In this document: one piece after another, positions 45,610 through 60,581 of the stretch
Numbering within the stretch: position 1 is the stretch's first letter
Layout: each line of letters opens with the position of its first letter
Assembly: GCF_009914755.1 (NCBI RefSeq)
Contig: NC_060927.1
DNA length: 64,000 nt
Source of the DNA: the human T2T-CHM13v2.0 reference genome, Homo sapiens
Direction: 5' to 3' (one strand)
Translations under genes and position numbers: made by a program
The notes under the pieces: model-generated
Database searches by the model: none
What the model was told of the DNA's origin: nothing
Seen by the model: the letters and a program-made list of their open reading frames with translations, nothing else

Positions 45610-46450
45610 CATGAACCGATATTTCTCAAAAGATGATATACAAGCAGCCAACAAATATATGAAAAAACTATACAAGGCTGAATTTTAAAAAAATGTGAGA
45701 AAATTCCCAACATTACCAATCATCGAGAAATGCAAATTAAAACCACAAAGAGATGCCATCTTATACCAGTCAGAATGGTGCTATTAAAAAGAAAAAAAAA
45801 ACAACACGTTGGCAAGAATGCCGAGAAAAGGGAATGCTTATACACTTTAGAAATGTAAATTAGTATAATCTTTATAGAAAACAGTATAGAAATTTCTCAA
45901 AGAACTGAAAATAAAACTACCATTTGACTCAGCAGTCCTACTCCTTGGTATCTGCACAAAGGAAAATAAATGTTTATATCAAAAGCACACCTGCACTCAT
46001 ATGTTTTTTGCAGCACTATTCACAATAGCAAAGCCATGGAATCAACCTAAATGTCCATCAACGGATGATTGAGTAAGAAAAATGTGGTCTATATTCACCA
46101 TGGAATATTCTACAACCATAAAAAGAATAAAAGTATGCAGCAATGTGAATGGGGCTGGAGGCCATTATCCTAAGTGAAATAACTCAGAAGCAGAAGGTCA
46201 AATACCACATGTTCTCACTTAAAAGTGAGAGCTAAGCAATGGGTACACATGGACATACAGAGGAAAGCAACACACACTTGGTAATCCCAAAAAGGGGGAG
46301 GGTGGGTAGTGAGTGAGGATTTCAAAATTGTCTCTTGGGTACAATGTTCACTGCTGGAGTGATGGGCACACTGGAAGCCCAAAGTTCAGCATGACGCAAC
46401 AAATCGTGTAACAAAACTGCACCTATGCCCCTTGAATTTATAAATAAATA
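45610..46450 (+). mobile_element. L1PB-type 3' end
   Basis: TTCTCAAAAGATGATATACAAGCAGCCAACAAA...GGGTACAATGTTCACTG...GTAACAAAACTGCACCTATGCCCCTTGAATTTATAAATAAA. Confidence 0.85.
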
Positions 46451-48796
46451 GATGAGTATCTAGGCGACTGGAAGAATTGGATAAATATACTAAATAAAAA
46501 TGATTACTTTAAAGGTTGTAATCATTACTTTAAAGGCTTGTAATCCAACCTGCTCTAAAGGCTTGTTTCATTAGAAAAAATACAATGAGTGACAATATCT
46601 TAGGAGAAAACACGATGGTAAATATATAATAATCCCAGTGCTCAGCAACATGGAGCACATGGAGAGAGGGAAACTGGGGTCTCACCTGGAGGGTAGACCG
46701 TGTTGTGTTTAACCGCTGAGAGGTCCAAATAGGTAGGCGCCCCCTGCTGTTGAGGAAGAGTAACAACATCAGTCGACATCTAGGTTTTTAATTTGTTGGG
46801 GAGAGGATTTCTTCTCAGGAATCATGCAGAAGGACTGCCATTTTCTGAGAGATTCTTTGGTGGCTGTAGATAGACCATGAGCTGTGTTAGGGCCCATGCT
46901 GTGATCACTGAAGAGGATGTCGGATGTCCAAGTAGGGAGGGAGGCTTGTGGACTACCAGAGTAAATGAAAATAGTGTAGGATAGTCACAATACAGCAGCA
47001 CTGGTGCTAAATTTAAGGGTCACCTGGTGAGGAACGTGGAAACCAAACAGTTAACACAAGACTCTCATCGTTAGACCTTAAAAATATTTCTGAGTGTTTA
47101 AGGAGAGCAAAAGCCAGCACAAATGAGCAGCAGATGCCAAGGCCAACTCAGTAACAGAGGATCTTTGCCCTGCCTCTCTCTTTTTTTCTTTTTTTTTTTC
47201 TTTTAATTTCCAGCTGTGCATAGAAAATTCAAGACCCACAGGTCTTAATTGGAGACAAAGTCATTTCAAAGTTTCTTCTTAATTGGGAAAGGGATATTAG
47301 GAAAGTTCTTCTGTGTTGTTTTTCTTCTCTTTCAGTTATTCTGAGATAGAGTTCATGTCTTATCAACTGGCCTTGAAGGAGAAACAAAACAAAACAAAAA
47401 ATAAGCAAACCACGTCTTGACAGCATCCTCAATAACATAGTCGTTTTGGTAAACACACCAAAAAATAATTTCCCAGGATGCTAGAGCTCTGGACCTCAGT
47501 TCTGAAAGAGCTTAGCAGTATTTTTATTTTGTTTATTTCCTAATGGAAGTGCCAGTTTTCTTACTGATTTTTCAACCTCCCCTGACCGTATTCTCAAATG
47601 TCTGTGTAGTATTCCACACAATCTTCAGGTCCATGCTGGCAGTCATCTAAGCCTATCAATCAGAAAGGATTTATTAAACACAAGCTGTGTGCCCAGGATT
47701 ATAGGGAATAAGAAAGAAGTGAAAGACACATCCCTTGCTGTAAAATGATGAATCAATATTTTGTCATAATCAGCAATGAAACTGTGTGTGTGTGAATAGG
47801 AAGTATAGAATCTAGTAAATAATATGATTTCTCTAGCTGCTTTAAGACAGGATGGAAATATTAACGATAAATTTGGCCCATTGACTCTTTGGGGATACAA
47901 TATTTTGCTACTCCATGTTTTTTTCTTGGTTTTAATTGTATCACATTAAACTTTCTAAAATGTATTTCATTCTGTTTATCTTTCCAGCTACCTTTCGGGT
48001 GACTGACATTTACACTTTTCCTGGTCTAATTTTTAGATTGTGTCCTCCTGTATGTTGGTTCTCTTGTTTCAGGACTATGGTGATAGCACATGGGACGGAA
48101 TGAATACTCATATTTGCTTACCTCAGCATGATTGTTTCTGTGTTTTCAGTGTCTTAGGAAGAAATTGAAAAAATATAAGTATCTTCAGTTCTAATTCCTG
48201 GCAGTTCACAAATACAAACTGTAACTTGAACTAAATAAGCTTGTTTCAGTTTCAGGATGTATTTGGCTAAGAGTGGAAGGCATGGAATATTGTGGCATCA
48301 TGTATACCGTAACACTGTGAGTGGGATGAATTCTTTAATCACCACTGTCTTCTACTCATCTTCTCCCAAAGTTTTAGTTTACTCTCTCAACTAGATGAGT
48401 CATGATTTCCCTAGTTCTCCAAAAGGGATGATCAAAACCTCCACTTTGCTGCTAAAGACTACTCTTATTCTCTTATGTCTTGTAGCTTCGAAATGGACAA
48501 ATTCTCCATTCCGCATATTTTAGTCAGTAGTCACGTTACTTTTTTTATGAAAATTTAAAAAATGAAACATAACCACAAGTAGGAAAGTACAAAATGGCTG
48601 CAAAAATAAAAATTATAGCATATTTTTTATCATGTAGAATCAAGGTACAGTTTGGCATATCTGCCACAAATATCCAGGTACACATATAGAAACATAATTT
48701 AATCAATATATTTATCAGATGTGTGAGTAGGCCTGCTTCTTTACCTACTTCTGGTAACCTAATAACATTAGTTAGTGTCTAGGGCTAACTGCTTGT

Positions 48797-48884
48797 TCTC
48801 TCCTCTCCTCTCCTCTCCTCTCCTCTCCTCTCCTCTCCTCTCCTCTGCTCTCTTCTCCCCTCCCCTCCCCTTTTCTCCCCTCCC
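48797..48884. repeat. (CTCTC)n pentamer / polypyrimidine tract
   Basis: About 9 CTCTC units followed by degenerate C/T sequence. Confidence 0.95.
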
Positions 48885-48887
48885 GAC

Positions 48888-49040
48888 AGTAAACACAAAA
48901 GTATCTGAGGCAGGTCTCAATCAATTTAGAAAGTCTTTTCTTTTTCTTTGCCAAGGTTAAGGACACACCTGTGACACAGCCTCAGGAGCAGAAGGATGAC
49001 AGAGTTCTGTCTGTCCTTTGTCGAGCACCTGTGAATATTT
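48888..49040. mobile_element. MER4-family ERV1 LTR fragment, internally deleted
   Basis: GTAAACACAAAAGTATCTGAGGCAGGTCTCAATCAATTTAGAAAG...GCCAAGGTTAAGGAC...GTGACACAGCCTCAGGAG joined to GAGTTCTGTCTGTCCTTTGTC. Confidence 0.7.
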
Positions 49041-49166
49041 AACTTATATACAATACCTCTATGTGTTTCACAACTGAACTGAGTCAGAAGCATGGAGAGG
49101 CCAAATATCTCATTCAGTTATTAACATACCCAGAACTGCTTTATACCCAGAACTAGTTTATTTTAA

Positions 49167-49478
<312 letters not shown>

Positions 49479-51127
49479 ATGTCTATGCTTTTTAACCCAA
49501 TATTATAATACAGTGTTTCTGTTTCTGACACATATTAAAATATTACTTAGCCATGAGAAGTATTGTGAGAATTAACTAAAACTGACTGACTGGCTGTGTG
49601 TATGCGTGCACGTCTGTGTATCAGTTCTCCAGGATCTTAGACTTTCTTGAATTTGTAGATACATTCTCTTTCTGAAGTTTGATAGCATAGACTTGGTTGG
49701 GTTTGAACGTTGGTACTTTATATGTTGATTAAATATGTATGTAAGCATATTGGAGAATATGATTATGTTAAATATATATAATGTAAATGTGTTTTAATCT
49801 ATTACACATAGACACACAAGCCCACAACCACACTCCCCACATTTATATTTTATAATATATAAAAATGTATATTTTATATATATTTATATTTATTTATATA
49901 TAGTGTATATATGTGTGTGTGTACGTGTATATATATATATTTATTTATTTATTTATTTATTTTTGGTAAGTTTATGCATTTTTGACCAGTAGGGAACAGA
50001 TTGGTCTCGGTAGGTCTGAGTCCAGATATTCTACAATTGATAAGCCCTGTAGGGGCTATAACAGTACAGTACTTTTCAAATGTTTTGGTTTTTTATACTT
50101 CCATATACAGAACATTATACAATTGGTATTTATTATACATCTAATACAGAGGGTAGCATCAGAATAAAAGTACTTTCCTCAGCTTCTATTTCTAATAATT
50201 TGCTTAACCTCTACATTTTCACAATTTGTTGGAGCTATGAACTAAGGAATTGTGCCCTGGCCTCTGAATAACTTGGTGTACTCCCTGTACACTATGATCT
50301 ATCTAACATAAATGCAAAATTTCAACATACAATCCATAGAGCTTTGCAATTTGTAGATGACACTTTAAAGATCTTTCTCTCTAGTAGTTTTCTCACTGGA
50401 TTACAAGGACTGGGCTGATCTTTAATAAACCAGATATCAAGGACTTTGTTAGAATAATCATGGGTATACTTGAAAAACTATCTCAACAATTTCATAATTT
50501 CTAGAATGTTTGTGACAATCCCAGCTGCAAGTAAACCTGAGGTTTGTTTTCTTGACACTGAAGCTGTGCTACAGGCATCCTCTTATTCAGTTCATTCATT
50601 TGTTCATTCAGAGTTAAAGAAATACTTATTGAGTATCTACTATTACCAGGCCAATGTGCTGGGCACAGGAAGTACACATCTCACTTTGCCACCATGGAGC
50701 TTACAGCATAGTACAAGGGCTATGACAATTTCAGTCATAGAAACTGTGACACATAGTATAAAAATTATGTTCAGAGAATGTGGGGGGTATAGGTCATAAT
50801 GATCAATCTACTATGGGAGTTAAAGAAGACGTCTATGAAGAAATTTGAGTGGAATTTGAACTGAATGAGTAATAATTTATCTCAATGAAAAGTAAAACAA
50901 TATTTTAGGCAAAGGAGACAATATATGCAGTAGCAAATTAGTAGAAGGAAGCAGTAGACATTTGATAAACTGAACTAAGTCTTACAGAGTTGAAGCCAGT
51001 GAATAAAGAAAGAATGAGGAGAGATGCAAATGAAGATATTTTGCAGGATTAAGCTCATGCACCACCTTATAGACTATGCCAAGGTTGGAGTCTTTATTTC
51101 AATGTTCATGGGAAGCCAATAAAAGAA

Positions 51128-51440
<313 letters not shown>

Positions 51441-52046
51441 TAAAGAAATCTGAGATATGGCATGCTAGCATTTTAGTTAGAAAAGTTTATACCGGTTGCA
51501 TTATGAAAGGGAGAATTGATTCACAAAGAAAAAGAGACCAGTTAGTAGACTGTTGCTGAAGGCCAGAAGAGAGATTATTCATAAGGATTAGATTTATAAT
51601 AGCAATATGGAAGAAGTACAAACATTTGAAAGACTTCAATAGAGTGAAACCTGAAAATGTTGTTGATAAACCATACTAAGGAGAAGGTGAACAAAAAACA
51701 CAATGTCAGAGATGATTTGCAAGTCTCTAGTATGTGTAGCTGGTTTGCCGGCCATGTCATTTCATGGATATAGAAAATACTGGAAAAGTCAAATATGAGT
51801 AAAATTATGAGCTTCGTTTTGGGCACATTACATTTCATATTCGTATGCAATATCTAATAGACAGGTTGCGTATATAGTAGGATATATATGGTTTGAAAGT
51901 CAGAGAGAAGCCTAAGCTATAAATGTGGATGCAGAGTAATAGATAATGATTGAATCCATAAAAGTAGTTGATACTTCCTTGGGAAAGAATAGAACAACAA
52001 GGAATGATTCAGATCAACCCTCAAAAAACTTTAAGATATGTTTACT

Positions 52047-52376
<330 letters not shown>

Positions 52377-55300
52377 TCAGGATACAGTGAGCAGAAAAGC
52401 TAGAGATGGAGGGGAAAAAATCAGAAGAGTGTAGTGTGATAGAAAACAAGATAAAGTGTTTCCAGAGGGATGACATCAAAAGTATTGAATGCCACAAAAC
52501 GGTTCAGTAAATGAGAACTATTAAAGGTCCATTGGCTTTAGTTACAGAAAGATCATTTTTGACATAAGCAAGAGCTACTTCATTTGAGTAATAAGAGCAA
52601 AAGGCAGATTGGAGCAGGTTGGAAATTTCCTGGGAAGTAAAGCAAAGGACTCTAAGATGTAACAGAGCTTGTTAAATAAATCTGATGGTAAAGAGAGTCA
52701 GAGGGGCAGAATATTAGTTAGAGGAGGAGTTGAGGCTGAATAATCAATCATTTTAATATAATGGTGTAGCAGCTTGGTTTGAGGGGTTGATCAGAAATTA
52801 GAGTTATTTTATAAATGTGTAAAAAAGTTATTCTGCTTTTCATGGAGTCCAGTAAAATAAAACTAGATATAAACAGAAATAAGAGATTTAGGCAAGATGT
52901 TAGAAGATGTCCTTGAATTAAACGCTGATATTTTAGATGCGTTAAATCTGTTTTCCCATTTATTTCTAAAGAAAGTAATCCTCTTGGTTTTGTTTGAATT
53001 GTGGTCTCACCCAGGGGAAAGGAAACAGAACAGATAATTTTCTTCATAGTTTACCTTCCATTCTCTGTTTCTAAATACCAAGATTATAGTATATTAGTTT
53101 CTGATAGATAGCCCTCCCCACAAACTTTTTCTTTCTTAGACTAGATATATGTCCTGATTTTATACAGATTTTGGTTAAATTCTGCTTCACACCTTAAAAG
53201 ACAATTCAAGGACAATAACATGTTGGAGAATTTTGAAACTGTATTTTCACCAATATATTATACACAATGTATAATGTTTTATAGGCAATTATTATTATAT
53301 GACTGCATTTAAAAGCTATTTATATCTATACTGACATGTACACATTTGAAATAAAGGAATATTTTTATAAATGTGTGATTTTTCAATATATCATCTATAG
53401 AAACATTGAAAGAAAATCTTTCTAAATATGTGACTCATCAATATATCACAGACAAAACATTCAAAGAAAATCATGCTTGTGTTATTTCAATGTGAGATCT
53501 CACCTAAAGTTTTAAAAAATATTTTCATAGAATGCATTACAGAAAATTTTGTGATAATCTTCACATATATGGAACTAATCACATAACCCTAGGGCAATAT
53601 AATTCACCTCTTCAACGTTGATCCAAATTATATGGCTTGATCAACCATATGACAAAAGTGCAGCACTTATACTGACTATAAGGCTTAGGAGACAATCACA
53701 AGAAAAAAATTAAAAATATTCTACCTTTACTGTAATAATTATTGGATGAGCTATATGATATAATAGCTTTATAATTTTATTAAAATACAGAATGTATTTT
53801 CTTCAAGCATTATTAAGGTAGGATGTTTTAGAGCATAGATATCTTTTCTGTTGAAAATGAAGACTTAAAATGAAGTCACTTATTTCAACTTATAATATAA
53901 CATGTTGAATGTCAACATAATGAGGACGTTATTGAGCTTCCCAGGATTATTAATTTAACTTGTGACACTTTTGCCAATTTAGGATTAGAATTGTATGTAT
54001 AAATCTAAATAGCAATGCTTGCATTTAGTATTAAGTGTTTGCTTTATTGATACTGGAAAATACTTTTCTGGGTTATTATAGGATTGATTTACATAATTTA
54101 ATTTTAGTCTGTTACCTTTTTTTTTCTAAAAAGAAACGAAGTTTTATGAAAAACAAATAGGCAACAAATAGGTAAATCTTAGCACTGGGAAAATACAGAC
54201 ATAATATTTAAATGAGTTACCCTTTTACATCTTTAAATTATGCAATAGTCTTCTTTTCTTTGGAAGTTCAATGATCTGATGACCTTGGTAACAAAGTAAT
54301 AATACTACATACCTATCTCTATATATGAAAATTTGATATCATAAGACATCTGGATTTCTGGAGAAATAAAATAGCTTTGTAAGAATTGGCCACATAATAA
54401 TTCCTTATATGTATATATTTTGTAAGATATCTACTCATCTGATGAGGTTCAGGTACAGTTATGGTAAAGAAGTGAAATGGCTAGAAGTCAATACGTATTT
54501 TCTTCAACGTAAAATACTTTCCACTGAAATATAAACAAATGAGTTAACATTTTTGTTATTTTTTTCTTTTTCACCTAAATAATTACTGCATTCTTGTATT
54601 TGGATTGCCAAGGAATTGATGTAAGACATTCATTTTTTTATGATTCTCCTTTCTCATGATACATTTTGCTTATTTTGAACTACTACATCAAATGACCAAT
54701 AAGCATATTATTATTAGATTTTGTTATGCTTTCTTTTTGTCCCAGTAAACAAAAAGTCTAAATAAATGTCGTATACACCTGTCTTATGCCCAGACAGGTG
54801 AATGGTAATCAGTTAGTGTTGTCATATTTCTAAAATCAATATATCTTCTTCTTTCCATAAGTGTTTTCATAGTAATACATTACCAAATATTTCATTTTTT
54901 TAATAATTTCATAATCTTCCCTGCCATAACATTGTTTAGCTTATATATTTGAATCTGTTCATATATCTGGGAGACAAAGTTGACATAGACTCCTCTGCTT
55001 CTTTGCCAATTCTAATTCAATTTTTTTGACAAATGTAAAAATAAATGTTTCATTAATGTGCCTGTATTTTGTTCTGTATCAATTGAATTAGTTCACTATG
55101 ATCCCATAGATTTAAAAAATTTAAAATCATGTGTAACTTGAGGCTAGGTGTCAAGTGTCAGGATTAAAGCTTAGTTGTTTATCTAAACCTTCATTCATTA
55201 CCTAAGATATATTTAAATTTAAATTAGTTATTTTGGAAGATTTCTAAATTACTATGAAAAATAAACTATCTGCAGTCTGAATGCATTATCAAATATGATA

Positions 55301-55574
55301 CTCATGATATTGATGTTAGGAAATAAATGAGTCATTAATCAAATTAGTTTATAGTTTATTAAGATTAGTTTATATCAGGGCAATCCAAATATTAGCTAAT
55401 TCAAAGTTTAGAAAATGTCTTTGATTTCTAAGTAAGTAAATGTTATAAGCATTTGAATTATATATGGCTGAGTTTCTATCTCATCACACAATTGTGTCAC
55501 AAATTTTTGCATTATTTGATTTAAAATATTCAACAAGGCAGGATCCCATTTGTATTAACCTGCAATGTTGACAT

Positions 55575-58500
55575 GTGGAGTAAGGACATCTGAATAGAGC
55601 CTCTGGAAGATTTAAAATTTCCAGACATCTGAAAATTCTGAGTCTACAGTAGTGGCCTATGCCTTCTCATCAAGAATTGATTCACGTTCCATGTTGGAAG
55701 ACACTATAGAGGCCTTTCTTCCACAAAGAAATAGATGCTCCAGTTTTCAGTTGTCCCTATATCCTCCCCTGGCTGCCCAGCCAAAGACCAGGTTATATCC
55801 ATCCAGGGGTGTGCTGGGCCTGATTGGGAAGGAGCAACTAAAAAGCCAAAGCAGCAAAATCTGCCCAACATGAACTGGCAGGGGCTTGAGTGTATTCACG
55901 AGACTGGATTGATTAGGAAGTTACTTCACTAAGGAGACCAGAAAACAAAGAACCACTTAGGGAGAGTTTACGGACTTGGGGAAATTCTTTTGTGATATAG
56001 GGATTGAACTTCTTGGCTTTGACTTAAGGGAATGGATTTTGAAGCTGTGTAAATGTAATCTCAAAATTAGAGTGATCCCTAGAAACTTTGAAAAAAGTGG
56101 TAGTTCACACTGAACAAGGTGGAAATACCTGAGTGAGAAAGGGAGGGGTGAAAAGCTCATGAAAATGGGCACGCTGGGATAGATATAAGAACCCAGAACC
56201 CTCACCAGAGAATTCTATTCCATGGGAAAGAACAGAGGACATCACATTTGCCCAGATCATCGGAACGTATTGTGAAAAGGCACCGCAGCATCGTTAAGTT
56301 CAGTGGTGGCTCTCCACTGAACAGAATTTGGCTTACTGATAATGGAGATTTTAGGGCCTCTGAAACAATGGACACCAGTTAGGAGTGCTTAACTACCAGA
56401 AGCCAGGTGTAGGAGACAATGATTATAATGACTGATAATTCTGACTGCCAGCCAAAGGAGTCTGACCTGTAGACAGTTATGGGAATGGTGGATAAAGCCT
56501 GATATTCCTAGGGAAACAATAGGTGGTCAGGCAATGAGGGAATTCCTTAATGAAGTTATTCAAGAAAAGGCAATATTGGATAAACTGGAAGCTGACAGCA
56601 GTTGTCTTAAAAAAAAAAATTAAAAAGCCATTGACCAGTTTTTTGGAACTGATCCAGTTTTCAGAGTTCAACCCCCAGATGGAAGAGGTGGTTGGTTTCC
56701 CATGAGAAAAGACTGATCAACAGCATGGTCAATATATATTATAAAGGGATTCCTTAGTCCTTTCCCAAAGAGATTTATGGCCATTAACTTAAGTGATTTT
56801 TACAATGAATAATGAATATTTTACGGTTGGACACTAGCTTTCAGTAAACATTGATACCTGGAGAACTGCAGCAGCACCATCGCTCCTCAATTAGAGTATC
56901 TAGGACACCAGAAATCAATGGACTCCTGACTGAGGTTTGGCTTTCAGTCTGTCTGCAAATTTACCTGTTGAATATGTTATGAGTATATAACTGAGATGAA
57001 CATATTTAATAGATGGCTTGACACCCACATTATGTTATAATGATGAAAGCAAGTGAAGACTCTAAAACAAGGAACTGGCCAAAATCAAAAGTATCACATT
57101 GGAGGCATTGGAGGATGTAAGTGGCAGAGATTAATGCCAATCTTAAAAATCTAAAAGACGCAGGAGTAATAGTCCCTATCATACCTTCTTCATGTAATTC
57201 CTCATTCTCATACCCAAAGAAACTCAGTGGGTCTTGGGTGATGGCATTGGATTACTGCAAGCCTCAATCTCTATTAGCCATGACCATGGCTGCTGTGCCA
57301 TATGTGGTATCTTAGCTAAAACAGGTTAATATGGCCTCAGGTATATGATGTGCATTTATTTAATAAGTAAATGAATTTCTTTATCTTCCAATCAGGAGAG
57401 AGAAACACAAACAATTTGCATTCACAACAATATACACTTTTATTTTCCCCCCAGAGCTAAGTTAACTCTCCCATCCTTTGACATAATATAATCTAAAGAG
57501 ACCTGGACCATCTGGATATCCTACAGAACATCATATATATTCATTACATCAGTAGAATCATGCTGATCAGACAGAAGGAGCAAGAGATGGCTAGATGTTG
57601 GAGGACTTAGTGAGACATATGTGATCCGAAAGGTGAGAAATAAATCCTGCAAAGATTTGGCTCTGTCACTTCAGTGTTAGGGGTTCAGTGATCAGGGACA
57701 TGCCAGAACAGCTCCTCCAAAGTAAAAGACAAATTGCTGTCCCTTGGATTCCCTATCACAGAAAATGAAATACCAATCTAGTAGACTCTTTAGGTTCTGG
57801 AGATAATATATTCCATACTTGGGCACATGTTTTGGTCTTTATATTGGATGACATGGAAGGCTGAAACAGCAAAGTACAGGTCCAGTCTGCAGAACAAAGA
57901 GTTCTGTCATTTGGGTCATACAATTCGACAGACCCTATAATACCTGGAAGTTTCAGGGGTGAAAAAGATGCAGTATGCAACTTGGAGTAAGTGCAATTGG
58001 AAGTACAACATCGGCTCTTGAGATTCCGGATAAGGTCATTTGATATGCAGCAGAGAAATAACAACTTTAAAAGACAGCTTTTGGGGTTTGACTCACAAAA
58101 TACCTGACTATAGCATACCAAATGACAGTGCACTTGAAACTGCCCATCACAGGCTGAGTTAGTTTGAACTCACAAGTCATACAGCCAGGTGAACATAGTG
58201 ACTGACCATCGTTATATGTTGGAAATGAAACATCTAATAACAAGCAAAACTAAGAAGAGTTGGTACAACAAGGAACATGCACAGTTATCCTAGATTCCCA
58301 TGTGACTAGCATGGTTGCATCTGCATTCCTCTCTCAGCTTACATCCATTGATCCGTGAAGCGTTCTGTATATTTGACATATAATAGAGCAAAAGGCATAG
58401 GTTGGTTTATGGATGTGTCAACTCGGTATAAAAAAGCAGTTGAAAAATGAATGGTAGTTGCAATGCTGCCCCACTCAGAAGAAGCCTTAGAATATGGCAT

Positions 58501-60213
58501 GAGGAAAAGCCTTCCAAATGGGCAAAGCTGTAGGTGGCCCACCTGATTATCCACTTTCTGTGGAAGGAGAAGTGGCCCAAGTTTGAAATATATGTGAGCT
58601 TATCAAAGATGGAAAATGATCTGGCAGCTGGTGAGGGGCCTGGTAGGAAAAACAGTGGAACATCAAAGACAAAGAGGGACCTTTGGTAGAGACACATACG
58701 TGGACACGGGAGAGTGGTTATAAAGTGTGAAGAAGTTTGTATTATGGGCTAATTCTCACCAGAATATATCCACCACAGAAGCAGCACTAAGGAGCCAATT
58801 AGTCAAAATCACTCAGTCCATTTGTGTCAGCCAGAGTTTGCTAGAATTTACCCCAATGCTGAGATGATTGGCACATGAATTAGGTGACCACTGTGGAACA
58901 GATGGGGGCATGTATGGCTCAATAGCACAGATTCCCACCTATCAGCGCCCCTCTAGCCATTACTGCCACTGTGGCCAACAACATAGTAGCTCTGTGACAC
59001 TATTCCTCAATTAAACACACTGGCCAGTTGATGACAATTTGACTACATTTTCCTCTTCTGTCCCGGAGGGGCCATTGGCTTGTTCTCTAAGAATAAAGAT
59101 TTATTTTAGGCTCAAGTTTTTCCTCCCTGTCTGTAAGACCTCCAATATCGTAATCCAGGGTCTTACAGAAATCCTGATTCAAAGACATGGGAATCCCATA
59201 CAATACAGCATCCAATCAGTAAAAATAAAATATAAAACAAACAAAAACATCACAATAGAAGAGATGTCAGGATGGACTCATCACCATCATCACCAAGTGA
59301 TTTATTGAGTATCTTGTATTCTGTACCACCCAGAAACTACAGGCATTATGAGCGTCTGCTGAAGGTGAAGCTGAAGTGATAACTCAGAGGCAATGCTTTG
59401 TGAGGATGAGATACTACTTTCCAGGATGCATGTAGGCATTAAATCAGAGACCACTATATGGCACTATGTCCTCAAAAGGAAGAATACACAGATTTGGGAA
59501 CCAAGGCATAGAAGCAGAAGAGGCCTGCTTACCATTATTCCCAGTGACCTTCTGGATATTTTGTGCTTCCCATCCCTTCAATTTTGGATGCTGCAGGATT
59601 AGAGAGCCTGGTTTTGGTACCCAACTGAGGTACACTCTTACCAGGACTCAGCACGATATTCAAGTTACTGCAAAGCTAATGATGCCACCTGGGCACTTTA
59701 GGAATCAGTCAGCGAGAAAATAAATTACCAGCTTTTCAGAGGCAATAAAACCTGATCATCCCAAGAGAAGGTAGTGTTGCTGTTTTACAATGGATACAGG
59801 TAGCAATGTGTATGGAGCTTGGGTTACTCACGTGAGTGACTTATGGTATTCCTTCACCTAATTCCAACAATAAATGGACAAGGGCAACATTTCTAGCCTG
59901 AAAGATAACGGTTACTACGGCTTTTATTAGGACACTTCAGGAGTGAGAGTTAAGTTCACCCTGTCAGATAAACCACTGTGACCAACAAAAGGGGTAGCTG
60001 AGGGTGAGGAGAAATTAGATTGGATAGGGAAAGAGGAAAAATATGTGTACTAATTGTGAACATGTGAAGACCGGGAGGGACTGGACCAGTGGTTCTTCCC
60101 TCTTTCTCCCACTTTTAATTTTCCCATCTGAAAGGGGCTCTCACAGGAACCATGGAAGAGCTTCTTCCCAAACCTACGTAGAGAAGTGGGTCAATGCAGT
60201 ACTATTGGTAGAC
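55575..60213 (+). mobile_element. Decayed ERV-L class internal region (HERV16/ERV3-16A3-like): gag-pol-dUTPase remnants
   Basis: RT-like AEINANLKNLKDAGVIVP..GSWVMALDYCK..AAVPYVVS at 57121; RDLDHLDILQNIIYIHYISRIMLI at the YIDD position 57545-57556; RNase H-like WFMDVSTRY and HFLWKEKWP; dUTPase-like MPPGHF near 59680; many stops and frameshifts. Confidence 0.85.
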
Positions 60214-60581
60214 TGCGGGAGACATGGAGCTGTGCTACTGAAATCCTCTTAGGAAAGTACTGACTACCCAGCTGTGAAATGTTCATCTGAAAGCCTCCAG
60301 CTGTTAGCTTCTTCAGGACCCACCCTGGTTTTCGAGCTGAGGTAATGCTTTTCTGAGGTGACGCCAGCAAAAGACCAAGCAAAGTGGTGTTAGGTGAGAG
60401 CATGCTCTCCCTCAGGAAAGCCCCCAACAGTGACTGAGCAAGATGTTAGTAGAAGGCTTCACCATCTCTACCTCACAAAGGACTCCTCTAAGGAGACAAA
60501 TTTTTTTGGACGTTTTCGGTTTGGCTGACAGAGACATAATTGTGACCTAATGTCTCCACTTGCCCAATTCTGATTCCTCTC

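Noticed and set aside
47970-48240. Several acceptor-like sites on + (47988, 48072) and a donor-like site on - (about 48121)
   Set aside because: Could not pair them into a convincing exon; isolated splice-like motifs are common in AT-rich DNA
54776-54800. 9-bp hairpin CACCTGTCT-N7-AGACAGGTG with paired E-boxes
   Set aside because: A stem this short is expected by chance in 64 kb
57121-57315. 64-aa ORF resembling retroviral RT
   Set aside because: Surrounded by stops and frameshifts with the catalytic motif lost; no sign of domestication
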